Positions 27,385-36,975 of a stretch of DNA of 64,000 bases are shown in pieces. The stretch is from positions 1-64,000 of the forward strand of contig JBKAGE010000071.1 in NCBI GenBank assembly GCA_046290225.1. The letters run 5' to 3'. The position numbers and the translations under genes are program-made. This stretch comes from Bradymonadia bacterium. Its GTDB lineage: Bacteria; Myxococcota_A; Bradymonadia; UBA7976; UBA1532. Each line of letters starts with the position of its first letter. Within the stretch, counting starts at the first letter, position 1. A model generated the notes under the pieces. It saw only the letters and a list, made by a program, of their open reading frames with translations. It was not told where the DNA came from and ran no database searches.

Positions 27385-28571
27385 TGCTCTGGCCCCCCTG
27401 CGGCCTGAATCTCGCTCATGATCTTGAGCGCCTGCCCGGGCCTCAATCGCTCGTTGCCTCGAATCACCACCTGATCGCCCACGGCGAGGCTCGGCGCTTC
27501 GGGCGGCGCCGCCGACGCCTGATTGGGCAACGGCGGTGCAGAGGGCGGCGTGAGCCCCTCGGGAACCTTCACCAGCACCGTGTCGTCGGCATCAGCGAGC
27601 ACGTGCACGGGGATCGGCACACCTTTGCCATCGATGACCTTCATCACCCGCACGCCTGTGGGGCCACGGACCAGAGCATCGCGGGGCAGGAGCACGCCAC
27701 CCACACTCTCTGAGGTGCCCATCTGCACCGAGAACCGGACCCCCACGGCCATGCCCGGGAGCAGCCACTGCGGGCGCTCGCCCACCGGCTGCAGGCGCAG
27801 GCGCTGAGCCCGGGTGGCGGACTCGAGGGCGGGGATCACGCCGGCGATGGTGGCTTCGGCGGTGCTGCCATCGTGGTGCAGAGTGGCCCCGGCACCTTGC
27901 TTCACCGGTAGATCAGGGGCGACCTCAACGATGATCTCCACCTCGTCGGCAGAGACGAGCTGAAAGGCGGGGCTGCCTGCGGCGATCCATGCCCCCGGCT
28001 CCACCATCCGGGCCCTGATCACCCCGGAGAAGGGGGCCACGAGTTGATGTCGGTCGCGGCTCGCCTGCAATCGACGCCGAGTGGCCTTGGCACCGTCGAG
28101 GCGAGCGGACAGTCGCTCCACTGCGGCCTGATAGCGTTCGCGCTCGGCGTCGGTGACGATGGGGTGCGCCCGTTTGCGGGCCCGCCGCAGGTCCCGACGG
28201 GCCTGAGCGAGATCGGCGGTCACCTCGGACTCCGTGGCTCGAGCGGCGGCGATCTCGGGCACGATCAGGTCGGTGTCGAGGCGCACGAGCACTTGATCGG
28301 CCTTCACCTGATCGCCAGGGCGCCCCACAACCTCGGAGACCGTGCCGGCTACGGCAGGGGCCAGGGTGACGGCGTGTACCGGTTGCACTTGCCCCAGGTA
28401 GCTGCGGGTGTCGGTGAGGGTGCCTGCCCGAGTGGTGGTGACCTCCACTCGGGCAGGTGGCGGACCTTTGCCTTTGGCCTTCGAGGCCGCTTTGTCAGGG
28501 TCCTTCGAAGCGCATCCAGAGGCCAGACAGGTGAGGGCGAAGAGCGCACAGAGCAGAGGTGCAGTGGCCAT
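27381..28571 (-). CDS. RND periplasmic adaptor (membrane fusion protein), lipoprotein
   Basis: Lipobox ASGC; LVAPFSGVI; 4-nt overlap with the permease. Confidence 0.92.
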   Translation of the reverse strand: MATAPLLCALFALTCLASGCASKDPDKAASKAKGKGPPPARVEVTTTRAGTLTDTRSYLGQVQPVHAVTLAPAVAGTVSEVVGRPGDQVKADQVLVRLDTDLIVPEIAAARATESEVTADLAQARRDLRRARKRAHPIVTDAERERYQAAVERLSARLDGAKATRRRLQASRDRHQLVAPFSGVIRARMVEPGAWIAAGSPAFQLVSADEVEIIVEVAPDLPVKQGAGATLHHDGSTAEATIAGVIPALESATRAQRLRLQPVGERPQWLLPGMAVGVRFSVQMGTSESVGGVLLPRDALVRGPTGVRVMKVIDGKGVPIPVHVLADADDTVLVKVPEGLTPPSAPPLPNQASAAPPEAPSLAVGDQVVIRGNERLRPGQALKIMSEIQAAGGPEQ

Positions 28572-28827
28572 GAGAGGGCGAGTCCTGCGTAAAGGTGAGG
28601 TTCGAGTGATGCCGGATCATGGCCCGAGGTTGACCAGAACACGGGGGTTTCTGCGGTTTTTCTCGATTTATAGATGATCTGACCCCTTTTTTCGTGACAC
28701 CTTGCCGAGGTTGGGACTTCTACGGATACGGACACCGAGTTCGAGCCGACCGATCAGCGCACGTGCGGGCATCTCTGCCCGGGCAGTGTCATCTGCGGGT
28801 GGTCGGCCGAGACAACGGGGGAACGTG

Positions 28828-31476
28828 ATGATGATGAAGCGAGTCCAGCTCGCCCTTGCCGCCCTGACTCTGGGTGGCTTCGCCAGCCAAGCCCAGGCAC
28901 AGGAGTGTCAGGCGACGCCCTTCGCTTGCGCCGTCGACGACTCCATCAACCAGGGTTTGCAGTTCCTGCGCAACGCAGAGCGAGGCACCGGGAGCTTCCG
29001 GGGCGCCGCCGGCGACGTGCGGCACAACTTCCTCGGCGTGCTCTCGTTCCTCGAGAAGCGTCAGGGCGTCGGCTGGCTCGGCCGCGCTCAGGGCTTCGAC
29101 GGCATGGATCCCAACGATCAGCAGATGGTGCTCCGCGCCGTCCAGGGCATGATCGGCGGTGACGTGGCGCTGCAGAACCCCAACGGGCGTCCGTACACCT
29201 ACGTCACCGGCGGCAACTTGATGGCCCTCTCGGCCTACCTCGCCACCGGCGGCCCCGACGACGTCGGCGCCCAGGTCACCGTGAGCACCGCCGTGGCCAA
29301 CGGCGTCGCCGCCCTGACCCGCACCCAGGGCAACCAGCCCCCGCTGAACGAAGGTGGCTGGAACTACAATGATCCCGGCGCCTCGGGCGACCTCTCCACG
29401 ACGCAGTTCGCCGTGGCCGGCCTCAGCGCCGCCGAGAACGTCATCGAGGGCGCCAGCGCGCCGCTGATGATCACCCCCAACTATCTGCAGGCCACGCAGC
29501 AGGCCGACGGCGGCCTCACCTACCGGCCCAATGGTCAGTCGAGCTCCTCGATGACCGCCACGGGTCTCTGGTGCTACCGGCTCTCCGACGTGCCCGCTGG
29601 TGATCCTCGAGCGCAGCAGGCCCTGAGCTGGATGCGCCAGAACTGGACCTACGACCGCATGGTGGGTCCCTGGGATCCCACCAGCACCTATTACTACTTC
29701 TGGGCCATCGAGAAGGCCCTCACCGTCTCCGGTGACGATGGCCTCGGCGGCCAAGTCTACGACGAGAACTTCGGTGACCGCATCCCCGGCATGCTGGGCT
29801 ACCCCGAGGAGCCCCCGGGCTCCTACTTCGACCTCGCCTACACCCTCGTCGACTGGCAGAACCCCGCCAACGGCGCCTGGGCCGACGCTGGCGCTGGCGG
29901 TGTGAACAACGGCTGGGACCAGCTCTCCAGCCACGGCTTCTCCCTGCTCACCCTGCTGCGCTCCCTCGGTGGTGTCTGCGTCGACGCCGATGAAGATGGC
30001 TTCTGCGGCCTCGACGACAACTGCCCCGACATCCCGAACCCCGATCAGGCCGACGAAGAGGGCGACGGCATCGGTGACGCCTGCGACAACTGCCCCAAGG
30101 TGGTGAACTCCAACCAGGACGACACCGACATGGACGGCGCCGGCGACGCCTGTGACAACTACATCTGCACCCCCGACGGCAACCCCGAGGTGTGTGACGG
30201 TGTGGACAACGACTGCGACGGTCTCGTCGACGCCGTGCCCAGCGGTGATCCCATCGTGTCCCCCGACGTCTGCGCCACCGGCCTCGCCGGTCAGTGCGCC
30301 GCTGGCGTTCAGGTCTGTGGCGCGGGTGGCCGAGTGGTCTGCCGCGCCGAGGTGAGCCCCGATCCCGACGAGGCTTGCGATCTCATCGACAACGACTGCG
30401 ACGGTCGCATCGACGAGGGCGTGCGCAACGCCTGCGGTACCTGCGGCGGCGACGCTGCCGACGTGTGCAACGGTGAGGACGACGACTGCGACGGCACCAT
30501 CGACGAGTCCGCCAGCTGTGGTGGCGGCGACCTCTGCATCCTCGGCGCCTGCGTGGAGCCTTGTGACGGCGGCACCTGCCCCGATGGTCAGTTCTGTGTC
30601 GACGGTGGCTGCGTCGACGCCTGCGCCGGCGTCGACTGCGCTCAGGGCGAGACCTGCAACCCCAGCACTGGCCTCTGCGAGGACCTCTGCGCCGGCGTCG
30701 AGTGCGACGGTGACCAGGTCTGCTTCGCTGGCGAGTGCGTGGACGACACCTGCTACAACGTGCCTTGCCCCACGGGTGAGGTCTGCGACGGCGGTGAGTG
30801 CACCGCGGACCCCTGCCTGGGCATCGCCTGTGGCGAAGACTCCTTCTGCCGCAGCGGCCAGTGCGTCTTCAGCTGCGCCGAGGTGAGCTGCCCTCTCGGT
30901 CAGCAGTGCATCGACGGTCAGTGTGAAGACACCCGCTGCGGTGGGGTCATCTGCGAGGCCGGCGAGGTCTGCGTCGACGACCAGTGTGTCGAGTCTACCT
31001 GCAACGACGAGGACTGCGGCCCTGGTCGCACCTGCATCGCCAACGAGTGCGCTGACGATCCGTGTGCCTACGTCACGTGTCCGACTCAGGAGACCTGCGA
31101 GGTCGTCGACGGTACCGCGCAGTGCGTGGCCGACTGGACGCCCGACGATGGCATGGGCGGCATGGGCGGCGAAGGCGGTATGGGTGGCGAAGGTGGCATG
31201 GGCGGCGAGGCCGGCATGGGCGGTGAGCCTGTGGCCGGTGCCGGTGGCATGGGCGGTGAGCCCGCAGCCGGCGCAGGCGGTGCTGGCGGCGACACCATGG
31301 ATCCCGACGGTGGCGTCGGCGGTGGCATGGTGGGCGGCTCCGGCGGTAACGGTGAGGGCGGCGACAACGAGGACGAGGGCTGCTCGTGCTCCGCAGGCGG
31401 CTCCAGCACGCCTTCCCCTAGCTTCCTGCTCGCGCTGATGGCTCTGGTGGGCTTCCGGCTGCGTCGCCGGCGGTGA
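28828..31476 (+). CDS. MYXO-CTERM surface protein: prenyltransferase-like alpha/alpha domain, TSP type-3 repeats, MopE-like and Cys-rich repeats
   Basis: Signal peptide; EGGWNY / QQADGGLTY / WQNPANGAW; DNCPxxxNxDQxD; GCSC...LLALMALVGFRLRRRR. Confidence 0.85.
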   Translation: MMMKRVQLALAALTLGGFASQAQAQECQATPFACAVDDSINQGLQFLRNAERGTGSFRGAAGDVRHNFLGVLSFLEKRQGVGWLGRAQGFDGMDPNDQQMVLRAVQGMIGGDVALQNPNGRPYTYVTGGNLMALSAYLATGGPDDVGAQVTVSTAVANGVAALTRTQGNQPPLNEGGWNYNDPGASGDLSTTQFAVAGLSAAENVIEGASAPLMITPNYLQATQQADGGLTYRPNGQSSSSMTATGLWCYRLSDVPAGDPRAQQALSWMRQNWTYDRMVGPWDPTSTYYYFWAIEKALTVSGDDGLGGQVYDENFGDRIPGMLGYPEEPPGSYFDLAYTLVDWQNPANGAWADAGAGGVNNGWDQLSSHGFSLLTLLRSLGGVCVDADEDGFCGLDDNCPDIPNPDQADEEGDGIGDACDNCPKVVNSNQDDTDMDGAGDACDNYICTPDGNPEVCDGVDNDCDGLVDAVPSGDPIVSPDVCATGLAGQCAAGVQVCGAGGRVVCRAEVSPDPDEACDLIDNDCDGRIDEGVRNACGTCGGDAADVCNGEDDDCDGTIDESASCGGGDLCILGACVEPCDGGTCPDGQFCVDGGCVDACAGVDCAQGETCNPSTGLCEDLCAGVECDGDQVCFAGECVDDTCYNVPCPTGEVCDGGECTADPCLGIACGEDSFCRSGQCVFSCAEVSCPLGQQCIDGQCEDTRCGGVICEAGEVCVDDQCVESTCNDEDCGPGRTCIANECADDPCAYVTCPTQETCEVVDGTAQCVADWTPDDGMGGMGGEGGMGGEGGMGGEAGMGGEPVAGAGGMGGEPAAGAGGAGGDTMDPDGGVGGGMVGGSGGNGEGGDNEDEGCSCSAGGSSTPSPSFLLALMALVGFRLRRRR

Positions 31477-31488
31477 GGTTCGCTGGGC

Positions 31489-31942
31489 CTGAGCGGACGG
31501 CCGTGCTCGCGCCTGTGGCGGACGACCCAGCAAAAGCTTTCGCTTCGCTGCGTCTGTAGCGGACGGTCATCGCCTTTGGCGACAGCCTGTAGCGGACGCC
31601 TCGCCTTTGGCGAGAGCTGTAGCGGACGCTCATTTGCCTTCGGCAAATTCCCTGTAGCTTTTTTGAAGATCAGTTGAGGGGGGTGTGTGTGGGTTCATCT
31701 ACCGCAAACACGGTTGGCCCCTGACGCACCAGTTCTGGCGTAAGCCCCTACCTGGATCGAGAAACCCACCAGGCACACCAAAAGTCTCTTAGAAAGCTAC
31801 AGCTCAGGCTGCCGAAGGCAGACTCGGCGTCCGCTACAGCTCTGGACCAGCGCAGCTGGTTCAGGCGTCCGCTACAGGCGGTGCGCAGCACGGCCGTCCG
31901 CAACAGACGCAGCGAAGCGAAAGCTTTTGCTGGGTCGTCCGC
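31489..31942. repeat. inverted pair of arrays of CTGTAGCGGACG units separated by variable mini-hairpins (REP/BIME-like)
   Basis: Arms 31518-31661 and 31793-31942; about 47-bp outer inverted repeat with 1 mismatch; lies between convergent genes. Confidence 0.9.
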
Positions 31943-31948
31943 TCCCAT

Positions 31949-32920
31949 TCAGACAAAGCGGTTCATCTCTTTGACCCCGTCAGAAGACTGGTCATCCGAG
32001 AACTGGTACTCCGGATCGAGCAGATCGTTGATGCGATCCATCATCAGATCAGTGAGGCCACGGAACTTGTCGCCATGCTTCTCCTTCGCCGCGGGGCTGA
32101 AGGGGACGAAGGGCTCGTGCACGCGGAACTGAGCGAGATCTTCCGAGTCGAGCTTCATGGGCTCACCGATGCGGTAGTGCACCGTGCCCCCCTTGGAGAA
32201 GGGCGAGTTCCCCGGGTACAGCTTGTCGCTGCCGTTACAGCCCACAGGTACAATGTCGGCATTGAGATGCTGGGCCATCTGAACGAGGCCGATCTGACCC
32301 CGCGACAGCCTGATCGAGCGGGTGCCCTGAGGAAACACGAGCAGGTAGAGCCCCAGCTGGAAAGCCCGCTGGTTGAGGCGGGTCACCTCCTCGATCATCC
32401 GCGACCACAGATCCTCGAACCACACCTTGAAGGCTTCTGGCCCACCGTGAGCGTTGACGAAGCGCCTCGCCATGGAGGTGAAGTCGCCGTCCCAGGCGCC
32501 CTCGTCGACGAGGGTGCGCAGCGAGCGATACTCATCGCTCTCCGGCGGGCGCTCGGCGATCCGGCGAAATTCGGTGGTGATCACATAGCCACGCGAGGGC
32601 AGGGGAATCCCGTTACAGGCGCTCAGGAACGACGCCATGACCTTGTTCTCGTAGTACTTGCCCTTCACCCAGGTGGCGGTGAGCCCTTTCTTCTGCATGT
32701 GCAGCCCGAGCTGAAGTGGCCAGTAGTTGAAGCGGTCGGTGTGGTTCATCGCCAGGATGATCGGGCGCCCTGGAGGCGGCAGACGCTCCAGGTGTTCGAA
32801 CGTTACCTTGGTCTTCTTGGGGATCCTGTGGTCGACGTGGCGCAGGAAGCGCCCCACGAGCCGCATGAACTTGGCGTCTCCAGTGAGCTTCACTGTGCGC
32901 AGGTAGTCAGGATCGATCAT
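31949..32920 (-). CDS. PlsC-like lysophospholipid acyltransferase
   Basis: ILAMNHTDRFN, LVFPQGTRS, IVPVGCNG. Confidence 0.8.
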   Translation of the reverse strand: MIDPDYLRTVKLTGDAKFMRLVGRFLRHVDHRIPKKTKVTFEHLERLPPPGRPIILAMNHTDRFNYWPLQLGLHMQKKGLTATWVKGKYYENKVMASFLSACNGIPLPSRGYVITTEFRRIAERPPESDEYRSLRTLVDEGAWDGDFTSMARRFVNAHGGPEAFKVWFEDLWSRMIEEVTRLNQRAFQLGLYLLVFPQGTRSIRLSRGQIGLVQMAQHLNADIVPVGCNGSDKLYPGNSPFSKGGTVHYRIGEPMKLDSEDLAQFRVHEPFVPFSPAAKEKHGDKFRGLTDLMMDRINDLLDPEYQFSDDQSSDGVKEMNRFV

Positions 32921-33001
32921 GGAGGCTCTCCGCGTGTCGGTGAGGTGGCATAAGGGTGGGGCTGTTGCTCGCCAGAGACAAGCAGAGTAGAAGGCTTCAC
33001 C

Positions 33002-34093
33002 ATGACTGGCTCTTCGAAAACTGTGGTGAACCTGTGGTGGCTCGCGCCTGCGGCGGTGATCGTCGTCGCCCTCCTCACCATGTGGCAACGCAGCCAGGTC
33101 CCCGAGCGGTCCGACTGGCAAGATGCTGCAGCGCACATCAAAGCGAACGTGCAGCCTAGTGACGGGGTGACGTGGGTGCCCTATCACGCCGGTGAGGGGC
33201 GGCTGTTCTTTCACGATCTCCCGGCCTTTCATCTGCCCGAGCCCGAGCAGGCCGATCTCTCTCGATATCGACGTGTCTGGTTGCTCGGTGCCTTTGGGGC
33301 CGACAGCGACGATCTCGAACATCGAAAGCTGAGCGAGGAAGACGAGACACCTGTGAGCGGCCACACCGTGGTGGAGCAGCTCAACTTCGGTCCGTTGTCT
33401 CTCGAACTCCTCGAGATCAAAGGTCCTGCGGTGACCTTCGACATGCGGAAGCAGCTCGAGCAGACCACTGTGAACCGAGGGAAGAAGTCATGTGACTTCT
33501 GGAGTGGCACCGGTTGGCACTGCGACCTGCGCAAGAGCCCTGAGCAGACCCGTCAATGCTTGGGGAAGCCCATCGCAGAGCGCGCCCGCATGAAGGGGCG
33601 TCGGCGGCAACATCATCACCTCGTGGACTTCACGTTGAGAGATTGTGGGCTCGACCCCTGGTTGCACGTGAGCCGGGACGCCCACGTCATCGGTGACTGG
33701 CCTCGACGGTGTGTGTGGATGCACCCCGCGCGGAAGATGCCCGTACGCGTCACCTGGCCAGAGGGCGTCGGTGAGCGTGGGGGCACTGTGGTGGTGGACT
33801 ACGGCTTCGTCGACAAGATCATCGCCGACAACTACAGCCGTGACATTACCAAGGCGCCGCCGAAGTCCGAGCCGGATGCACCGCGGACGCTGCGTGCACA
33901 GCCTCTCCTGTTGAGGGTGTTGCGACGCAGCAGCACCTTGAGCAAGCGCACCGTCTCCAACGAGAAGGGGTGGCGGCGACTCACTGTGCCAGTCAAGCCA
34001 GGCAAGGGCCCCATCGCCCTCGAGGTGCAGAGCGAAGACCATCACAACGCATACTTCTGCGTCGATGCCACCTTCAGGGAGTCAGCAGAATGA
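33002..34093 (+). CDS. hypothetical membrane-anchored protein
   Basis: N-terminal TM; ATGA-coupled to the downstream glycosyltransferase. Confidence 0.7.
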   Translation: MTGSSKTVVNLWWLAPAAVIVVALLTMWQRSQVPERSDWQDAAAHIKANVQPSDGVTWVPYHAGEGRLFFHDLPAFHLPEPEQADLSRYRRVWLLGAFGADSDDLEHRKLSEEDETPVSGHTVVEQLNFGPLSLELLEIKGPAVTFDMRKQLEQTTVNRGKKSCDFWSGTGWHCDLRKSPEQTRQCLGKPIAERARMKGRRRQHHHLVDFTLRDCGLDPWLHVSRDAHVIGDWPRRCVWMHPARKMPVRVTWPEGVGERGGTVVVDYGFVDKIIADNYSRDITKAPPKSEPDAPRTLRAQPLLLRVLRRSSTLSKRTVSNEKGWRRLTVPVKPGKGPIALEVQSEDHHNAYFCVDATFRESAE

Positions 34094-35826
34094 GTGAGAG
34101 ACCCCTCGAAGGGCTCACCCTGCCCCGGTGGCTCGATCACGGCGTAGGCGGCGTTTTGGCGCTGCTGCACTTCGTGCTGGTGTGGGTCACCCTCGCCGGG
34201 ACCGGGGTGCCCCGGGACGAGAGCTTCTACTTCTACGCCGCCGACAAGGCCGCGGACTGGGTCGAGGTTGCCCTCGACGACGATCCGCAGACCAGCGCCT
34301 TCGACCGCAAACACATCGATCACGGCTTCAAGTTCAACCACGAGCACCCGGTGCTCATGAAGACCCTCTTCGGGGTGAGCCATCGCTGGCTGCACGAGAA
34401 ATGGGGCTGGGTGGACGATCACCGCTCGGCGTATCGCCTGCCCACGGTGATGATGGCTTCGCTGGCGGTGTGGCTCACCTATCTATTGGGCATGATGGTC
34501 GCTGGCCGAGGGGCCGGGGTGGTGGCAGGGCTGGCCCTCATCGCCATGCCCAGGGTGTTCTTTCATAGCCACCTGGCGTGCTTCGACGCCCCGGTGACCT
34601 TCATGTGGCTCGCCGTGGTCTACACCTTCGTTCGAGGGGCCCGAAGCAGGCGCTGGGGGGTCGCCAGCGGGGTGGTGCTGGGCTTGGGGCTCGCCACCAA
34701 GCTCAACATCTTCTTCCTGCCCTTCGTGCTGCTCGGCGTGGCTTTCGTCGACACGTGGAGCCATCGAAAGCGGACCGGGGCATGGCGTACCCCCAAGGGC
34801 ACTCGAGGGCCGCTGACCTACTACAGCTGGATCGCCGTCTCGATGTTGATCCTCGGCCCCCTGGTGTTCCTCGCCCACTGGCCCTGGCTCTACTACGACA
34901 CCATCAAGCACCTGGGCTTCTACATTGGCTTCCACGCCAAACACGTGAACTACCCTGTCGACTACTTCGGCACGCTGTACTTCGACAACCAGCCGTACCC
35001 GATGTCGCTGCCCTTCGTGCTCAGCCTGTTCACGCTGCCCGTGGTCACGTTGATCCTGGCGAAAATCGGCGGGCTCGTGGTCTTCAAGCGCGCCTGGGCT
35101 CAATGGCGACGGCCGGCAGAGTCCTTCGCGCAGTGGGGGGATCGTCGGGCTCTGGAGCTGTGTGTGCTGGTGAACCTGATGGTGCCCTTTGCCATCATCG
35201 CTTTGCCGAACACGCCCATCTTCGGCGGCATCAAGCACTGGATGCCGGCGATGCCTTTTCTGGCGGTGTGCGCCGGGGCAGGGGCCATCCGGCTGGGGCG
35301 GGGCATGTTCGCTGGCCGGCAGGCAGCCCAACAGCGTCTGCTCGGCGCTGTGGTCGGGGGCCTGATGTTGATCCCTGGCTTCTGGGCCACTCTGGCGTAT
35401 CACCCCAACGGAGAGGCGTACTACAACGCCCTCGTGGGCGGCCCGCCCGGGGCCGCGAGCCTGCGGCTGTCGAGGAACTTCTGGGGGTACAGCACCATCG
35501 ACGTGCTCCCGTACCTCAACGCCCACGCCGACAAGGGCGGGCTGGCCTTCTGGCACAACGCCACCGGTTGGGCCGTCGACGCCTACAAGCGTGATGGGTT
35601 GCTGAGGCAGGACATCCGCAACACAGGGGACTGGAGCCCGCCCTACAGTGACTGGGGTGTGTACCACGACGCTCGGGAGAAGCTGCCCGAGGAGCTCGAT
35701 TTGTGGCGCGCTTACGGCACGGACTGGCCGGTGGAGGGGTCCTTTGTCGACGGGGTACAGGTCATGGGGCTGTATCACCGCTCCGAGCCTCCGAAGGTGC
35801 CTCCGGTGCCCGAAGGGGGCCGCTGA
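34090..35826 (+). CDS. GT-C glycosyltransferase (ArnT/PMT family 39-like)
   Basis: DE in the first loop (PRDESFY), EHPVLMK, GLGLATK; multiple TM helices. Confidence 0.85.
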   Translation: MSERPLEGLTLPRWLDHGVGGVLALLHFVLVWVTLAGTGVPRDESFYFYAADKAADWVEVALDDDPQTSAFDRKHIDHGFKFNHEHPVLMKTLFGVSHRWLHEKWGWVDDHRSAYRLPTVMMASLAVWLTYLLGMMVAGRGAGVVAGLALIAMPRVFFHSHLACFDAPVTFMWLAVVYTFVRGARSRRWGVASGVVLGLGLATKLNIFFLPFVLLGVAFVDTWSHRKRTGAWRTPKGTRGPLTYYSWIAVSMLILGPLVFLAHWPWLYYDTIKHLGFYIGFHAKHVNYPVDYFGTLYFDNQPYPMSLPFVLSLFTLPVVTLILAKIGGLVVFKRAWAQWRRPAESFAQWGDRRALELCVLVNLMVPFAIIALPNTPIFGGIKHWMPAMPFLAVCAGAGAIRLGRGMFAGRQAAQQRLLGAVVGGLMLIPGFWATLAYHPNGEAYYNALVGGPPGAASLRLSRNFWGYSTIDVLPYLNAHADKGGLAFWHNATGWAVDAYKRDGLLRQDIRNTGDWSPPYSDWGVYHDAREKLPEELDLWRAYGTDWPVEGSFVDGVQVMGLYHRSEPPKVPPVPEGGR

Positions 35827-35848
35827 GCCGGAGGCGGCTCAGTATCTC

Positions 35849-36586
35849 TCAGGCACGACGGCGGCGCAGCAGCAAACCGCCGAGACCCACGAGGAGCAGC
35901 AGGCCCCCAGCGCCGGTGCGGCCAGCGGCGGTCTGACAGCCGCTGTCGTCGTCATCGCTGCCACCACCATCGACACCGCCGTCAGCACCTGTGGCGCCAC
36001 CACCGACGGGCTCACCACCGGCACCGCCCTCGCCGCCACCTGCACCTGCTTCACCACCGCCACCTGCGCCGCCTTCACCTGCACCACCCACCACGAGCTC
36101 GGCGGTGGTGGTGGTCCAGTTGTCACCGGTGATGGTGCGATCGCCGTTGGCGTTGTTCCCGGCAACGAAGAGGGTGTAGGTGCCCTCGGCGTCGGGGGCG
36201 GTCCAACGCATGGTGAAGGTGGCCTGACCCCCAGCGAACTCTTGAGCCATGGCGTTTTGGGTCACTGTGCCCAATAGGTCACGGGTGGTCTCGCCATCAC
36301 CTGCGAGCGTGCCGTCAGAGGCCGCGGCGGTGATGCCGGCCACAGCGCCGTCACCCTCGACGGTCACGGTGATGTCGATGGTCTCACCGGGGGCGATGGG
36401 ATCGGCGGTGAGGGCCAGCTCCACCAGAGGGCTGGTGCCCTCGCCGTCGTGACAGCCGAGGCCCGTGGCACAGCCCATCTCGGCGACGTCGGCGCCGGGG
36501 CGGCCGGCGCTGTTGGCCTGGGCGGTGAGGGGCAGCAGGGTGCCGGCGAGGCCGGCGAGGGCGAGGGTGCGAAGCGTCGAAGGCAT
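35849..36586 (-). CDS. MYXO-CTERM protein with a Reeler-like domain
   Basis: Signal peptide; GCATGLGCH; FTMRWTAP...LFVAGNNANGDxxxxGD; SGC...LLLRRRRA. Confidence 0.8.
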   Translation of the reverse strand: MPSTLRTLALAGLAGTLLPLTAQANSAGRPGADVAEMGCATGLGCHDGEGTSPLVELALTADPIAPGETIDITVTVEGDGAVAGITAAASDGTLAGDGETTRDLLGTVTQNAMAQEFAGGQATFTMRWTAPDAEGTYTLFVAGNNANGDRTITGDNWTTTTAELVVGGAGEGGAGGGGEAGAGGGEGGAGGEPVGGGATGADGGVDGGGSDDDDSGCQTAAGRTGAGGLLLLVGLGGLLLRRRRA

Positions 36587-36635
36587 GGGCTGAGAGTCTC
36601 CCGAGCGTGTGGAAAAAGAGATGGGCTCCGACCCA

Positions 36636-36876
36636 TAGAGCGTTATGCGGAAGAAACTGACGGAGCAGGCGAAGAACATCGGCGAGAGGTCGAAGGAAGA
36701 AAGCGCAGGGAGCCTGTCTGGTCTGAGGCCAGACGCTTCGGAGCCGACAGAGGCGAAGCCGGCGGAGCGCAGAAGCGCCCGCAGGGCAGGCTCTGAAGAA
36801 GCACTGAGCATTTCTGAGTTTGAGATCTCGTCGATGGGCAAGTCTGGTGTGGCAGTTTCTTCCTTATAACGCTCTA
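36636..36876. mobile_element. 241-bp MITE-like element with 24-bp terminal inverted repeats
   Basis: TAGAGCGTTATGCGGAAGAAACTG / CAGTTTCTTCCTTATAACGCTCTA (2 mismatches); TA at both ends. Confidence 0.7.
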
Positions 36877-36975
36877 ACGGGCGGGCGGATGATCAACTTG
36901 ATGATGGCGAAGATAGGGAAGAGGGGGCAGGCGTCGCCATTTTTATGGCGAATTGTAAGCGGCTTTAAGGCGGGC

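Noticed and set aside
24214..28571. RND pump lacking an outer-membrane factor as a novelty
   Set aside because: Unlinked TolC-type channels are common
31489..31942. CRISPR array
   Set aside because: Repeats are only 12 bp, spacers are self-complementary hairpins, the two halves are inverted, and no cas genes are present
36587..36869. N-terminal extension of the 330-aa ORF and the 74-aa + strand ORF
   Set aside because: Both run through the MITE-like element; the signal peptide starts at 36586
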